In this document: positions 35,907 to 45,930 of the stretch, in pieces
How positions within the stretch are numbered: the stretch's first letter is position 1
Layout of the letters: each line of letters starts with the position of its first letter
Assembly (NCBI GenBank): GCA_003245785.1
Contig: QKCE01000155.1
Location: 1 to 45,930, forward strand
Source: Spirochaetales bacterium
GTDB taxonomy: Bacteria > Spirochaetota > Spirochaetia > Treponematales > Treponemataceae
Direction: 5' to 3'
Length of the DNA: 45,930 nt
Translations under genes and position numbers: made by a program
The notes under the pieces: generated by a model
The model's input: only the letters and a program-made list of their open reading frames with translations
Told to the model about the DNA's origin: nothing
Databases searched by the model: none

Positions 35907-37982
35907 CTATTCCTGCCTTATTTCGCCGATCGCCTCTACCCGGATATCGTTCGTGATTTCCGGGACCGACAGGACGATCAGGTCGGGTATCTCTCGCTCG
36001 GTCGAGCTCTTCACCAAAATGCGCGCCTCCTCGGGACACAGGACGATCGGTATGTATCCCGCCTGCTGAACCGAGGCCACCGAATGGGAGAGGCTCCGTA
36101 TCCAGGCGCGGTGTTCCGCGGGCTCCAGGGCCGCGATGGGCCCGTTCACCGTATCCACCCGGGAATCGACGATTTTCGACGTGAGCTCCGGCGATACGGT
36201 GAGCACGTGAAGGGTTCGCGAATCGTCCACGTACTGGAGGCAAATTTGCCGCGCGAGGGCCTGTCGGACCTTTTCCACCAGCACCGTGGGGTCCTTCGTG
36301 ACGGGCCGCCAGTCCGCGAGGGTTTCGAGGATCACCACCATGTTGCGAATGGAGACTTGCTCCCGCAGCAAACCCTGGAGAACCTTCTGGATTTCCCCGA
36401 CGGTGCAGAGCTTCGAGACCTCGTCGGCGACCGCGGGATAATCCTTCCGGATCGTGTCGATTATCGCCTGAACTTCCTGTCGGCCGAGAATTTCCGAGGC
36501 GTGCCGCTTGATGATCTCGGTGAGGTGGGTCGCGATTATCGAGGGGGGATCGACCACGGTATAGCCCGCCCGCTCGGCGCGCTCGCGGTTTTCCTCGGAG
36601 ATCCAGATTGCCGGGAGGCCGAAGGTCGGGTCGGTGGTCTTTTCGCCCGGCAGGTCTTCCGTGACCCCTCCCGGGTTTATGCCAAGGTACCAGCCCATGC
36701 GTATGCGGCCCCGGGCGACTTCCACTCCCTTGATCTTGAAACAGTATTCGCTGGGCTCGAGCCTCATGTTGTCGATGATACGGATGCGCGGCACCACGAG
36801 GCCCAAGTCCAGGGCAGACTCGCGGCGGATCCTCGTTACGCGCTCCAGGAGCTCCGCGCCCTTGTCCTTGTCCACCAGGGGAATGAGGCCGTAGCCGAGC
36901 TCGAGGGAAAGGGGGTCCAGGGGAACGACGGGGCTTATCTCCCCCGACTGCTCGCCCGCCTTCGCCTTCTCCTTGCCCTCGGCCTTTTCCAGGGTTTTCC
37001 TGAACGATGCGGCCTCGGCCTGCCTGAGCCTCCAGCCGATCCACGCGAGGGACGCCGCGAGGGGCAACAGGACGTACCAGGGAAAGCCCGGGAGGAAGGC
37101 GATAACCGCGAGGGTCCCCGCGCCGACGAAATATACCCACGCGTTCTTCGAGAACTGGCTCTTAATATCCTTGCCGAAGGTGCCGTCCGAGACGGAGCGG
37201 GTAACGATGAGGCCCGTGGCGACCGAGACGAAGAGCGCCGGAAGCTGGGAAAGGAGGCCGTCGCCTATGGTAAGGCTCGCGTATGTCTGTATCGCGGCAG
37301 AGAAGGGTTCGCCGCGGAAAATCATGCCGAACACGAGGCCCGCCACGATATTTATGACCGTGATGAATATGCCGATCTTCACGTTGCCGGACACGAATTT
37401 GCTCGCTCCGTCCATGGCGCCGTAAAAGTCCGCCTCCTTTTGCACTTCCATCTTCCGGTGCCGGGCTTCTTCCTCGGTGATCGCGCCGGAATTGTATTCC
37501 GCCTCGATGGCGGTCTGCTTCATCGGCATGGCGTCGAGGGTAAAGCGGGCGGCGACCTCGGCGACCCGGGTCGAGCCCTTGGTGATGACGAAGGCCTGCA
37601 CCGCGATGATGATTATGAAGATGACGAATCCGATGACGAGGCCCTCGGTTCCGTTCGTTCCGATCACGAAGGTGCTGAAGGCCCTGATCATCTTGCCCTG
37701 GAACTTCATCCCCTGGGAGAGGATGAGCCTGGTCGAGGATACGTTGAGGCCGAGGCCGAAGACCGTGCTCACGAGAAGGAGCGTGGGGAATACCGAAAAC
37801 TCGATCGCCCGGCGGGTGTAGAGCACCGTCAGGAGTATGAGGAGGTTCAGCACGAGGTTCGTCGCCATTAGGAGGTCGAGAAGTACCGTGGGGAGGGGAA
37901 TGATGAGCATGAGCACGATCACTATGGCGCCGATCGCCACGAAGAGGTCGCTTCTTTCTATGGATAGTCCTTTCTCAGCCAT
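35907..37982 (-). CDS. flhA: Flagellar export protein FlhA
   Basis: FSVFPTLLL, ITKGSTRVAEVAARFTLDAMP.KQ, FYGAMDGASKFV.G and TIGDGL.SQLP. Confidence 0.97.
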   Translation of the reverse strand: MAEKGLSIERSDLFVAIGAIVIVLMLIIPLPTVLLDLLMATNLVLNLLILLTVLYTRRAIEFSVFPTLLLVSTVFGLGLNVSSTRLILSQGMKFQGKMIRAFSTFVIGTNGTEGLVIGFVIFIIIIAVQAFVITKGSTRVAEVAARFTLDAMPMKQTAIEAEYNSGAITEEEARHRKMEVQKEADFYGAMDGASKFVSGNVKIGIFITVINIVAGLVFGMIFRGEPFSAAIQTYASLTIGDGLLSQLPALFVSVATGLIVTRSVSDGTFGKDIKSQFSKNAWVYFVGAGTLAVIAFLPGFPWYVLLPLAASLAWIGWRLRQAEAASFRKTLEKAEGKEKAKAGEQSGEISPVVPLDPLSLELGYGLIPLVDKDKGAELLERVTRIRRESALDLGLVVPRIRIIDNMRLEPSEYCFKIKGVEVARGRIRMGWYLGINPGGVTEDLPGEKTTDPTFGLPAIWISEENRERAERAGYTVVDPPSIIATHLTEIIKRHASEILGRQEVQAIIDTIRKDYPAVADEVSKLCTVGEIQKVLQGLLREQVSIRNMVVILETLADWRPVTKDPTVLVEKVRQALARQICLQYVDDSRTLHVLTVSPELTSKIVDSRVDTVNGPIAALEPAEHRAWIRSLSHSVASVQQAGYIPIVLCPEEARILVKSSTEREIPDLIVLSVPEITNDIRVEAIGEIRQE

Positions 37983-37987
37983 CTAGC

Positions 37988-39190
37988 CTACATTTCCCCG
38001 AGGATGTTTTTCTTTCTGGAATCGAGCGCATAGACCTTCGCGAGGATGACCGCGAGCGCCTGATAGTACTCATCCGGTATCATATCACCGATTTCCACTT
38101 CCGCATAGAGCGCCCGCGCCAGGGGCTTGTTCTCCACGATGGGCACGGCGCTTTCCCGGGCGATTTCCTTGATTCGCTGCGCCACGTGGTCCACGCCCTT
38201 GGCGGTGAGCATGGGGGCGCGCATGGTGGCCCGGTCCCACTGCATGGCCACGGCGTAGTGGGTCGGGTTCGTGATGATCACGTCGGCCTTCGGGACGTTG
38301 ACCGCCATGTTCTGGCTCATCAGTTCCCGCATTCGCTGGCGCAGCCTGCTCTTGACCAGGGGATCCCCTTCCATCTGCTTGTACTCTTCCTTGACTTCCT
38401 GCTTGGACATCTTCAGGGATTCCATGAACTGGTGCCGCTGGAAGAGGTAGTCGGGCACCGAGATCGCGAGGAAGAGTATCGCGGCGGTAACCAAAAGCCG
38501 GGCAGACATGGAGGCGACGAATACCACGCCGTTCCAGAGGCTCGTGTTCAGCATGGTCACGAGCTTGGGAAGCTCGCTCCGCACCGTCAGGAAGGCGACC
38601 ACCGCGATGACCACTACCTTGAAAAGGGACTTCGCGAGGTTGAAAAGCCCCTCGGACGAAAATATGCGGCCGAAGTATTTCCCGAAGTTCGGCGCGACCT
38701 TGTTCAGCTTGGGCTCTATGGGCTTCAGGCTGAAAAGGAAGCCCCCGTTCTGGAGCACGTTGGCTCCTACCCCGGCCACCAGGGCGGTAATGGTGATGGG
38801 GAGGACGAGTTTCGCGAAATACCGGAAAAAGGCGAGCACCAGGACGGGATCGGTGAAATCCGCGGAGGACGCCCGGGAAAGGTAAAACTTGAGGAGTTCC
38901 GTGAAGGTCTGCATCATGCCCGGGGCGAACGCGATGAGGGATATGACCGGGATAAGGAGGACGACCGCCCCGTTGAGCTCCTGGCTCTTGGCGACCCGGC
39001 CTTCCTCGCGGGCCTTGCGGAGCTTGTAGTCCGTCGGGTCCTCGGTGCGGCCCTCGTCCTCGGCGGCGAACCATTGCAAGTCCATCGCCGCGGCGATCCG
39101 GAGGGCCTCGCGGTTCTCCTCCCGGATTTCCGGGCCGGGGAACCGCGGGATAGTCGTCAGGTTATCAGCCACGCACGGCGTCCGATTCAT
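37988..39190 (-). CDS. flhB: Flagellar export switch protein FlhB
   Basis: [36 protein letters not shown] and the NPTH autocleavage motif. Confidence 0.96.
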   Translation of the reverse strand: MNRTPCVADNLTTIPRFPGPEIREENREALRIAAAMDLQWFAAEDEGRTEDPTDYKLRKAREEGRVAKSQELNGAVVLLIPVISLIAFAPGMMQTFTELLKFYLSRASSADFTDPVLVLAFFRYFAKLVLPITITALVAGVGANVLQNGGFLFSLKPIEPKLNKVAPNFGKYFGRIFSSEGLFNLAKSLFKVVVIAVVAFLTVRSELPKLVTMLNTSLWNGVVFVASMSARLLVTAAILFLAISVPDYLFQRHQFMESLKMSKQEVKEEYKQMEGDPLVKSRLRQRMRELMSQNMAVNVPKADVIITNPTHYAVAMQWDRATMRAPMLTAKGVDHVAQRIKEIARESAVPIVENKPLARALYAEVEIGDMIPDEYYQALAVILAKVYALDSRKKNILGEM

Positions 39191-39981
39191 ACGGCCGCCC
39201 CTGCCTTCGCGAGGAGGGTCTCGAAGGCCCGGAAACCCTGGTCCATCACCTGGACGAAGAGGTTCGCCATGAGGGGCAGCGCGACCACGAGAAGGAAAAA
39301 GGTCACGAGGATCGTTATGGGAAAGCCTTCCGAGAGGAGGTTCATCTGGGGAGCGGCCTTGGAGAGGAGGCCCATGGACACGTGAATCAAAAAAAGCGTC
39401 CCGATGATCGGCAAGGCGATGACCATCGCGTTCATGAAGAGGCCCGAAAGGCCCGTCAGGAAAAAGGTCAGGAATTCCCCCCTTGCGGTAACGAGGGAGA
39501 AGCAGTTCACCGACTGGAAGCTCCGGAGGATACCTCCGAGGAAAAGGGTTTGAAACCCGTGGATCTGAACGAAGACCAGCATTGCGATGAGGTTCAGGTA
39601 CTGGCCCAGGAGGGGGTTCTCGATCTGCGCGAGGGCGTCGTAGACTTCCGAGGCGCCGAAGCCCATCTGGTACGAGAAGAACTGGCCCGCAGAGCTGAAG
39701 GAGGCGAACACCATGCTGATGAAAAAGCCGGTAATCACGCCGATAAGCCCTTCCCCGATTACCAGAAGGACGTACCGCAGGGAAAAGGGATCGACGTCCC
39801 AGCCGCCGGGATAGGCGGCTGGCATGACGAGGAAGGCGATGGAACCCGCGAGGGCGATTTTCGCCGTCCTCGGCACCGATTGCATGGAAAGGAGCGGCGT
39901 GGTGAGTATCATCGCGAAAATGCGGGCCGCGGCGAGAAAGAAGATCGGGGCCTTGGCGATGACGTCGTCGAAGGGGCTCAT
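39187..39981 (-). CDS. fliR: Flagellar export protein FliR
   Basis: Hydrophobic; E.LIG, AGQ..YQMGF and [15 protein letters not shown]. Confidence 0.95.
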   Translation of the reverse strand: MSPFDDVIAKAPIFFLAAARIFAMILTTPLLSMQSVPRTAKIALAGSIAFLVMPAAYPGGWDVDPFSLRYVLLVIGEGLIGVITGFFISMVFASFSSAGQFFSYQMGFGASEVYDALAQIENPLLGQYLNLIAMLVFVQIHGFQTLFLGGILRSFQSVNCFSLVTARGEFLTFFLTGLSGLFMNAMVIALPIIGTLFLIHVSMGLLSKAAPQMNLLSEGFPITILVTFFLLVVALPLMANLFVQVMDQGFRAFETLLAKAGAAV

Positions 39982-39986
39982 GGTCG

Positions 39987-40256
39987 TCAGCGCACCATCT
40001 GGGGAATGAGCTGGAAGAGCGTCAGGGTGTATTGCCGGAGGGAGGAAAACATCCAGCCGCCGAGAAGGGCCAGCATGCCGAGAATCGCCATGATCTTCGG
40101 CACGAAGGTGAGGGTCTGCTCCTGTATGGAGGTCGTAGCCTGTATGATCGCGACGACGAGACCCACGATAAGGGCCGTCACCAGGATCGGGGACGCGAGG
40201 AGGAGAATCTGAAATACGCCGCCCCGCATCAGGGAAACGACCGTTCCGATCGACAT
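39987..40256 (-). CDS. fliQ: Flagellar export protein FliQ
   Basis: [22 protein letters not shown]. Confidence 0.96.
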   Translation of the reverse strand: MSIGTVVSLMRGGVFQILLLASPILVTALIVGLVVAIIQATTSIQEQTLTFVPKIMAILGMLALLGGWMFSSLRQYTLTLFQLIPQMVR

Positions 40257-40267
40257 GTCCTACCCCC

Positions 40268-41107
40268 TTACAAGAAGGAATTGAAAAGCTGCTGGGTAAG
40301 AAGGCCCCAGCCGTCCACTAGAATGAAAAGGATGAGCTTGAAGGGCATCGAGATCTGTACCGGCGGCAGCATTATCATGCCCATGGACATGAGAACGCTG
40401 GCGACCACCATGTCCACGATGATGAAGGGTATGTACAAAAGGATGCCGATCTTGAAGGCCACGGTAAGCTCGTGGAGGATATACGCGGGGATGAGCACCC
40501 GGGTCGGCACGTCCGCCAGGGTTTTCGGCTTGTCAAGCTTGGCCATGGACATGAACAGGGCGATGGACGAGGTGTCGCTCGCCATTTGCCGGTACATGAA
40601 AAGCCGGACGGGCTTTTCCGCTTCGGTCCAGGCGGTTTCCACGTTCATGGTGCCGTCCGAGAGGGGCTTGAAGGACTTGTCGTAAATTTCCGTGAAGGTG
40701 GGCCACATGATGAAGAGGCTCAGGAAGAGGGCTATTCCGTTCAGCACCTGGGTCGGCGGCACCTGCTGCAGGGAGAGGGCGCGCTTGATGAAGTCGAGGA
40801 CGATGGAGATTCGGAGGAAGCTGGTGGTCAGGAGCAATATGCTCGGCGCGAGGGAAAGGACGGTAAGAAGGAGCAGCATTTGCACCGAAAAGGCGACTTC
40901 CTGGTTGCTTTGGGGTTCGCGGATATTGAAATTGATGAATGGGATCCTCGTCGCCTGCCGGTTGGCGTTTATCGAGGTTGTCCCGGTCGTGGAGCCCTGG
41001 GGAAAAGTCTGCGCCGTTTGGGCGGCGGCCAGGGCCGGGGCAAGTGTTTGCAGGGCCAGGAGGATCGCGGCTATCCGTCCGATTCTGGCGATTCCCGGTC
41101 GGTTCAC
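40268..41107 (-). CDS. fliP: Flagellar export pore protein FliP
   Basis: [52 protein letters not shown]; N-terminal signal peptide. Confidence 0.96.
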   Translation of the reverse strand: MNRPGIARIGRIAAILLALQTLAPALAAAQTAQTFPQGSTTGTTSINANRQATRIPFINFNIREPQSNQEVAFSVQMLLLLTVLSLAPSILLLTTSFLRISIVLDFIKRALSLQQVPPTQVLNGIALFLSLFIMWPTFTEIYDKSFKPLSDGTMNVETAWTEAEKPVRLFMYRQMASDTSSIALFMSMAKLDKPKTLADVPTRVLIPAYILHELTVAFKIGILLYIPFIIVDMVVASVLMSMGMIMLPPVQISMPFKLILFILVDGWGLLTQQLFNSFL

Positions 41108-41784
41108 TGTCCTTCCCCTTCGCGATTGCCCGAGGAGTTCAGGAGCCGCTCGCGCTGTCGGCGTATCACGTCCGCGCCGACCGATGGGGTCTCGCTTTGG
41201 CTTTCCCCTTCGGGTTTACGGTTTTTCGCGCCCGGCAAGAAGGAGGCGAGAACCGATTGGAAGCCCGCCACGGCAGCGGAGGAGCTTCTGTCCGCCGCGA
41301 GGTTCATCGCGTCTATGAGTTCCTTGTCCTCGATTTCCGAAATAAGGTTGATTTCCCGTTCCGTGACCCCGACCAGGAAGGCCCGGGTTCCTACGGTGAT
41401 TATCTGCGCCGACTTGTTCGGCCCGAGGGGAAGGTTCGCAACTGATTTGAGGTAGGGGTCGTCCGCGACGTTTACGCGTCCGGACTTCTTGAGGAAGGCC
41501 ATGAAGGCCCATATCCCGGCGGCTAGGAGCGCGAGAACCAGGATAACCCTGACGAGCGCCCACAGGGGCGACGCGGAACCCGCGTCTTCCCCGGCGGTCG
41601 GGGTGCCCGGTGCGTCGCCGATCGGCAGGGCCGTTTCGTCATTCGCCGCGGGGGCGTTATCCTGCGCGGCCGACGCGGCGGCATTTCCCGCCGACGCGTC
41701 CTGCGCGATTGCCGGCAAGGCTATAAAACAAAACGAAAAGGCCAGAAACCCGGCCGCAAGCGCTTTTTTCGAGAATATACCCAT
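41104..41784 (-). CDS. fliO: Flagellar biosynthesis protein FliO (spirochete FliZ)
   Basis: Signal peptide, TM helix, L.LGPNKS..I.VG..LVGVT..INLI.EI; lies between fliY and fliP. Confidence 0.88.
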   Translation of the reverse strand: MGIFSKKALAAGFLAFSFCFIALPAIAQDASAGNAAASAAQDNAPAANDETALPIGDAPGTPTAGEDAGSASPLWALVRVILVLALLAAGIWAFMAFLKKSGRVNVADDPYLKSVANLPLGPNKSAQIITVGTRAFLVGVTEREINLISEIEDKELIDAMNLAADRSSSAAVAGFQSVLASFLPGAKNRKPEGESQSETPSVGADVIRRQRERLLNSSGNREGEGQ

Positions 41785-41822
41785 GTTCCCCCACCCGTAA
41801 ACGCGTTTTATCCGGCGCTACC

Positions 41823-43025
41823 CTACATATCGCTTACTCGCTCGACCGGCGAGAGGATTTCCGTGACGCGCACGCCGAAATTTTCGTCGATGACCACGAC
41901 CTCGCCCTTGGCGATGGGCTTGTGATTGACGAGAATGTCGACGGGTTCGCCCGCGAGCTTGTCCAGCTCGATGATGGTACCCTCGCCCATGCCGAGAATC
42001 TCCTTGATCACCTTCCGCGTGCGACCGAGCTCTACGGTCATTTCCATGTAAACGTCCATGATGAGGCCGATATTGCCCTGTTCCATGGCCATATTTCCCA
42101 ACTGAAGGTTCGGAAACTGCACGGACTGAACGTTCGGGTTCATGCCCATGACCTGACCCATGCCGCCGGCGTTCATTCCGCCGCCCATCGAGCCCATATT
42201 CATGCCGCCCATGTTCATGCCTCCGCCCATGCCGCCCATGCCCATTTGGCCCATTTGGCCCATGGATGCGCCCATTCCGCCCATCTGCCCCATGTTCATG
42301 CCGCCCATGGGATTGCCTCCCTGGGAGGATCCCATGCCCATCATGGACATGGCGTCCACGGTCTGCGGGGGCGAATCGCTCCCGGCGCCGAAGGCCTGCG
42401 CGATATCCGTGGCGGCCTTGAGCTGTACGATTTCCCAGAGGGAAAAAGCCGTTCCGTCCATGGTCACGGGATACGTGAATACCGCGAAATCCTGCTGGGG
42501 AAAGCGAACCATCGCCTTCGGCACGTGTACCGATTCCGCGGGATTGTTCGAAATGCCCTTAAAACCCGCCTTTTCGAGGGCTGTCAGCTCTATGCCCACG
42601 TGCTGGGAAATGGTCTCGCTGATCACGGAAAGGGACATGTCGTCCAGCTCCGCGTTCGACTCGTTGTTTACCAGGCTCACTATCTTTTGGGCGAACTCGG
42701 GGGCGAGCACGAACACGTGGTCCGAGGGAAGGATCGAGGAAAAATCGATCACGGTACCCACGACCATTTCCGGTATCTTCCTGAGGAAGCCGTCGCGCTT
42801 CAGTACTTCGACCGTGGGGGTACCGATATCGACGGATCCGCCGGTCATCGAATCGAGGTTCGACTTGAGCCCTGGAATATTGCCCTCGAGAAAAGACCTC
42901 AGGGCGCTTGTCTGGGAATCGGACATTCCCGAGGAGGGGCTGGCCGGAGCGGCACCCATCCCACCCATGTCAACGCCTGCCAAGAGGGCGTCAATCTCGT
43001 CCTGGGAAATGGAACCGTCACTCAT
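41823..43025 (-). CDS. fliY: Flagellar motor switch protein FliY/FliN
   Basis: SISQDEIDALL CheY-binding peptide, CheC-like middle domain, C-terminal SpoA domain (VELGRT..LDKLAGEPVDILVN..GEVVVIDENFGVRVTEI). Confidence 0.93.
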   Translation of the reverse strand: MSDGSISQDEIDALLAGVDMGGMGAAPASPSSGMSDSQTSALRSFLEGNIPGLKSNLDSMTGGSVDIGTPTVEVLKRDGFLRKIPEMVVGTVIDFSSILPSDHVFVLAPEFAQKIVSLVNNESNAELDDMSLSVISETISQHVGIELTALEKAGFKGISNNPAESVHVPKAMVRFPQQDFAVFTYPVTMDGTAFSLWEIVQLKAATDIAQAFGAGSDSPPQTVDAMSMMGMGSSQGGNPMGGMNMGQMGGMGASMGQMGQMGMGGMGGGMNMGGMNMGSMGGGMNAGGMGQVMGMNPNVQSVQFPNLQLGNMAMEQGNIGLIMDVYMEMTVELGRTRKVIKEILGMGEGTIIELDKLAGEPVDILVNHKPIAKGEVVVIDENFGVRVTEILSPVERVSDM

Positions 43026-44052
43026 ATGCATCCTCTCCTTCTACTGACAATTCTTCAAACTCTTCGGCTTCAATGTCGGCGACTTTTTTGAGGACCTGAA
43101 CGGCTACTTTCTTGCCGATAGTACCGGCCTGGCACAGGAACTTCTTTTTGTTGCCCACGCTTAGGGTGAACGGATCGCCCACGCGCACGTTGGAAAGGCG
43201 CACCACGTCGCCAACCCGCAGGTTCAGAACGTCCCGGACCGGCAGGTTGATGGTGCCGATTTCCGCGACGACGTCCATGTCCACGGTGGAAAGCTTTTCC
43301 TTGAGCACCCCCATGTATTGGGTTGTCGAGCTTCTTCGCACGGAAGAAAACCAAAACTGGCTCGAGAGCTTCGATATGATAGGCTCGATGGTGATGTAGG
43401 GAATGCAAAAGTTCATCATTCCCTCTTCCTCGCCGACCTTGGTCTCGAGGGTTACGAGGACGACCATTTCGGAAGGCGGGACTATCTGCGCGAACTGTGG
43501 GTTCGTCTCGATCTGGCCGAGCCGGGGACGGAGGTCGATAACCTGGGTCCAGGCTTCGCGCATGTTCGCGAGGATGCGGACGATGATGCCTTCCATTACC
43601 GACTGTTCGATGTCGGTCAGGTCGCGCTGGACCTTGGTCCCCTGCCCCGTGCCGCCGAATAGGCGGTCGATGATGGAAAAGGTCACCGAGGGGTCGATCT
43701 CCAGGATGGCGTTGCCCTTGAGGGGGTCCATGTTGATGACCGCCAGGGTCGTCGGGGTCGGTATGGAACGGATGAATTCCTCGTAGGTAAGCTGGTCGAC
43801 GGAGGCGACGTGCACGTGCGCCATGCTCCGCAGCTGGGCGGAAAGCGCCGTCGTGGTCAGGCGCGCGAAGGTTTCGTGCATGATCGAAACCGTGCGGATC
43901 TGTTCCTTCGAGAATTTGTCGGGACGCTTGAAGTCGTAAATCTTGATCTTGCGGGTGTCGTTAACCGGGCGAAAGTCCTCGGTTTCCGTATCGCCCGCGC
44001 TGATCGCGGTGAGAAGCTGGTCTATTTCATCCTGCGAAAGAACTTCGGTCAT
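43018..44052 (-). CDS. fliM: Flagellar motor switch protein FliM
   Basis: VLSQDEIDQLL, YDFKRPDKFSKEQIR, QLTYEEFIRSIP and ETNPQFAQIV. Confidence 0.97.
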   Translation of the reverse strand: MTEVLSQDEIDQLLTAISAGDTETEDFRPVNDTRKIKIYDFKRPDKFSKEQIRTVSIMHETFARLTTTALSAQLRSMAHVHVASVDQLTYEEFIRSIPTPTTLAVINMDPLKGNAILEIDPSVTFSIIDRLFGGTGQGTKVQRDLTDIEQSVMEGIIVRILANMREAWTQVIDLRPRLGQIETNPQFAQIVPPSEMVVLVTLETKVGEEEGMMNFCIPYITIEPIISKLSSQFWFSSVRRSSTTQYMGVLKEKLSTVDMDVVAEIGTINLPVRDVLNLRVGDVVRLSNVRVGDPFTLSVGNKKKFLCQAGTIGKKVAVQVLKKVADIEAEEFEELSVEGEDAYE

Positions 44053-44055
44053 GGC

Positions 44056-44601
44056 TTACTGCTCGACGATCTCGTATTTGGTGAACCGGACGTCCTTTAT
44101 CTTGGACTTGGAAAGTATATTGTCGTTTATGTAGTTGCGGATCTCGATCTTGATCTTTTCCTCGTTCCGCAGCTCCGCCGCGGTCTTGTTGTGGAAGAAC
44201 GAACGGAGGAAATCCTTCAGCTCGACGATGCGGGCCGAAAGTTCCGTCGGGGTAGCCTTGTCGTCGAAGGTATAGCCGAGGGCTATGTCCACCACGACCG
44301 AGGCGGAGTTGTTGTCGATGGTCCGGGTCTGGATGGCGCCGATTGCCTGATAATAGGACAGCACCTCGCGCACCCCCTGGTACTCTTCGGACACCGGGAT
44401 AACGGTCTGGTTCTTCCCGGTACCGCCCATGATGTTCACCGTGACGACCACTACCGTGACGATAAACACGAGGGCGCCCAAAACGATGGCCGCCCATTTG
44501 AGCAACTGGGGTATCAAACCCGCGCCGCCGCCTCCGCGTTTCCCGCCTTCCATGGCTCCCGCGTCGCCGCCTTCGAGATTGATGTCGTCCTGGTCATCCA
44601 T
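44056..44601 (-). CDS. fliL: Flagellar basal body-associated protein FliL
   Basis: Single TM plus periplasmic domain (K..AEL..IR..IN..IKDVRFT); lies between motB and fliM. Confidence 0.9.
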   Translation of the reverse strand: MDDQDDINLEGGDAGAMEGGKRGGGGAGLIPQLLKWAAIVLGALVFIVTVVVVTVNIMGGTGKNQTVIPVSEEYQGVREVLSYYQAIGAIQTRTIDNNSASVVVDIALGYTFDDKATPTELSARIVELKDFLRSFFHNKTAAELRNEEKIKIEIRNYINDNILSKSKIKDVRFTKYEIVEQ

Positions 44602-44631
44602 ACAGCAAATCCTTTTCTATCGATAGTATCA

Positions 44632-45351
44632 TTAAAAATGACCTTCGTCCAGAATAATAATGTCCACGCGTCGGTTGTACGCACGGCCTTCCTCGGTATC
44701 GTTGGAATACATGGGTCTCGTGTCCGCGTAGCCGGCGACCGAGAAGCGGGTCTCGTCGGCCCCGAAATCCGTCAGGTAATGCAAAACGTTCGTCGCCCGG
44801 GCGGTCGAGAGTTCCCAGTTGCTGGGCCACTGGGCGGGATCGGTCGCGCCTGAGTCCGTATGGCCCTCGATCCTGAACCGCCTGCTCGAGAGCTCCCTGT
44901 CCGCCAGGAATTGGGCGATCCGGAGGAGCGAATCCCTGGTCTCGTCTATGTTGAGCTCGGCGCTCGATTCCTTGAAGAAAGCGTCCGCCGCGAGGGTTAT
45001 GACGAGGCCGCGCTCGTCGCTCGAAATGGTTATCTTGTTCGTTTTTATTTCCGGCGCGAAAACGCTTATCGCCTTTTTCACCGCCAGGCCGAGGTTCTTT
45101 CCCTTCTCCATTGAAGGCAGGGAATTGATGGTATTGCCGAGATCCGCGAGGCGTCCCGCGGCGAGGGACTGGCCGCCGCCGGTGGGCTCGCCCTGAATGG
45201 AGGCGGTCATTGTGGCGAGCTGGGTCACGTCGACCTCGGAAGGGTCGTAAAGCATGACGAAGAAGCACATCATGAGGGTTACCATGTCGGCGTAAGTGTT
45301 GAGCCAGCCGGAGCCGGCCGCCGTCGCTTCCCGCTTTTTCTTTTTAGCCAT
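44632..45351 (-). CDS. motB: Flagellar stator protein MotB
   Basis: [13 protein letters not shown] with the conserved Asp; OmpA-like domain [14 protein letters not shown] and NRRVDI. Confidence 0.96.
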   Translation of the reverse strand: MAKKKKREATAAGSGWLNTYADMVTLMMCFFVMLYDPSEVDVTQLATMTASIQGEPTGGGQSLAAGRLADLGNTINSLPSMEKGKNLGLAVKKAISVFAPEIKTNKITISSDERGLVITLAADAFFKESSAELNIDETRDSLLRIAQFLADRELSSRRFRIEGHTDSGATDPAQWPSNWELSTARATNVLHYLTDFGADETRFSVAGYADTRPMYSNDTEEGRAYNRRVDIIILDEGHF

Positions 45352-45353
45352 CG

Positions 45354-45929
45354 TCAGTCCTTGAGCACGTCGGACTCAATCGCCTTCCTGTCCCGGGGCG
45401 TCAGGTAGGTAAGGAGCTTTTGCGCGAGGATTCGGGGGTTATCGCCGGCCTGAATGGAAAGCACGCCCTCGATGACCATCTCGCGCGACTTGACTTCCTG
45501 GTTGTTGTGAAAGCCGAGCTTACCCGCGATCGGCACGAACATCCAGTTCTGCATGATCGACCCGTACAGGGTCGTGACGAGGGCGACGGCCATGTTGGGG
45601 CCGAGAGAGCTCTTGTCCTCGAGGTTGTTGAGCATACCGATGAGACCGATAACGGTACCGAGCATTCCGAAGCCCGGGGCGAGGGTCGCCCAGGAGTTCA
45701 CGACCGAGATCCAGGTCATGTGCCGGCCTTCCATCTGGCTGAGCTCGTTTTCCATGAGGGCCCGGATTACCTCGCCGTCGGTGCCGTCCACCACGAGGCG
45801 AAGGCCGCTTCTCATGAACTCGTCGTCCAGGTCCTGGATTTCCTCTTCAAGGGCGAGGATACCCTCGCGGCGGGCCTTTTCGGAAAAGGATACGAGCCGC
45901 TGGACGATGGCCTTTTCCCCGAAGTCCCA
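45354..45929 (-). CDS. motA: Flagellar stator protein MotA; 5'-partial
   Basis: Frame is open to the window end: [41 protein letters not shown] and IQAGDNP. Confidence 0.95.
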   Translation of the reverse strand, partial: WDFGEKAIVQRLVSFSEKARREGILALEEEIQDLDDEFMRSGLRLVVDGTDGEVIRALMENELSQMEGRHMTWISVVNSWATLAPGFGMLGTVIGLIGMLNNLEDKSSLGPNMAVALVTTLYGSIMQNWMFVPIAGKLGFHNNQEVKSREMVIEGVLSIQAGDNPRILAQKLLTYLTPRDRKAIESDVLKD

Positions 45930-45930
45930 G

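Noticed and set aside
39080-39190. Unusual N-terminal extension of FlhB
   Set aside because: A variable stretch before the DLQWFA motif is, as I recall, usual in treponemal FlhB, and the start could be the later Met.
416-45196. Many long antisense and alternate-frame ORFs (e.g. 14673-17192 +, 36084-37871 +, 5383-6954 -, 9362-10891 +, 23628-25145 +)
   Set aside because: They shadow well-supported genes, lack family motifs, and are expected from GC-rich codon bias that suppresses off-frame stops.
1-45930. CRISPR arrays, IS elements, prophage or rRNA genes
   Set aside because: No regularly spaced direct repeats, transposase, integrase or phage genes, or rRNA-like sequence; nearly all the sequence is explained by the listed genes.

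Overview
GC-rich bacterial chromosomal window, most likely from an anaerobic Treponema-like spirochete (inferred from gene content and order). From left to right: (1) the 3' part of a tightly coupled + strand operon for an MBX/MBS-type complex-I-like membrane oxidoreductase (antiporter-like subunit, NuoH/B/C/D-like subunits with no NiFe ligands, a NuoI-GltD fusion), followed by NfnA/NfnB (SudB/SudA) and a BigR/SqrR-like ArsR regulator; (2) a stand-alone E2-type acyltransferase catalytic domain and a frameshifted solute-binding protein gene; (3) a V/A-type ATPase operon E-C-A-B-D-I-K with a Na+-type K subunit, galM and a small J-domain gene; (4) the spirochete murG-cvpA-holB-like-hk2-rrp2 operon, an ankyrin protein, tRNA-Phe(GAA) and a predicted outer-membrane beta-barrel; (5) the distal flagellar cluster motA-motB-fliL-fliM-fliY-fliO-fliP-fliQ-fliR-flhB-flhA-flhF-flhG-orf-fliA-fapA-orf-orf-orf. 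I saw no mobile element, prophage or CRISPR array. The best candidate for an undescribed system is the Cys-depleted MBX/MBS-like complex coupled to NfnAB and a variant persulfide-sensor-like regulator. All family assignments come from motif recognition by eye; no database search was run.
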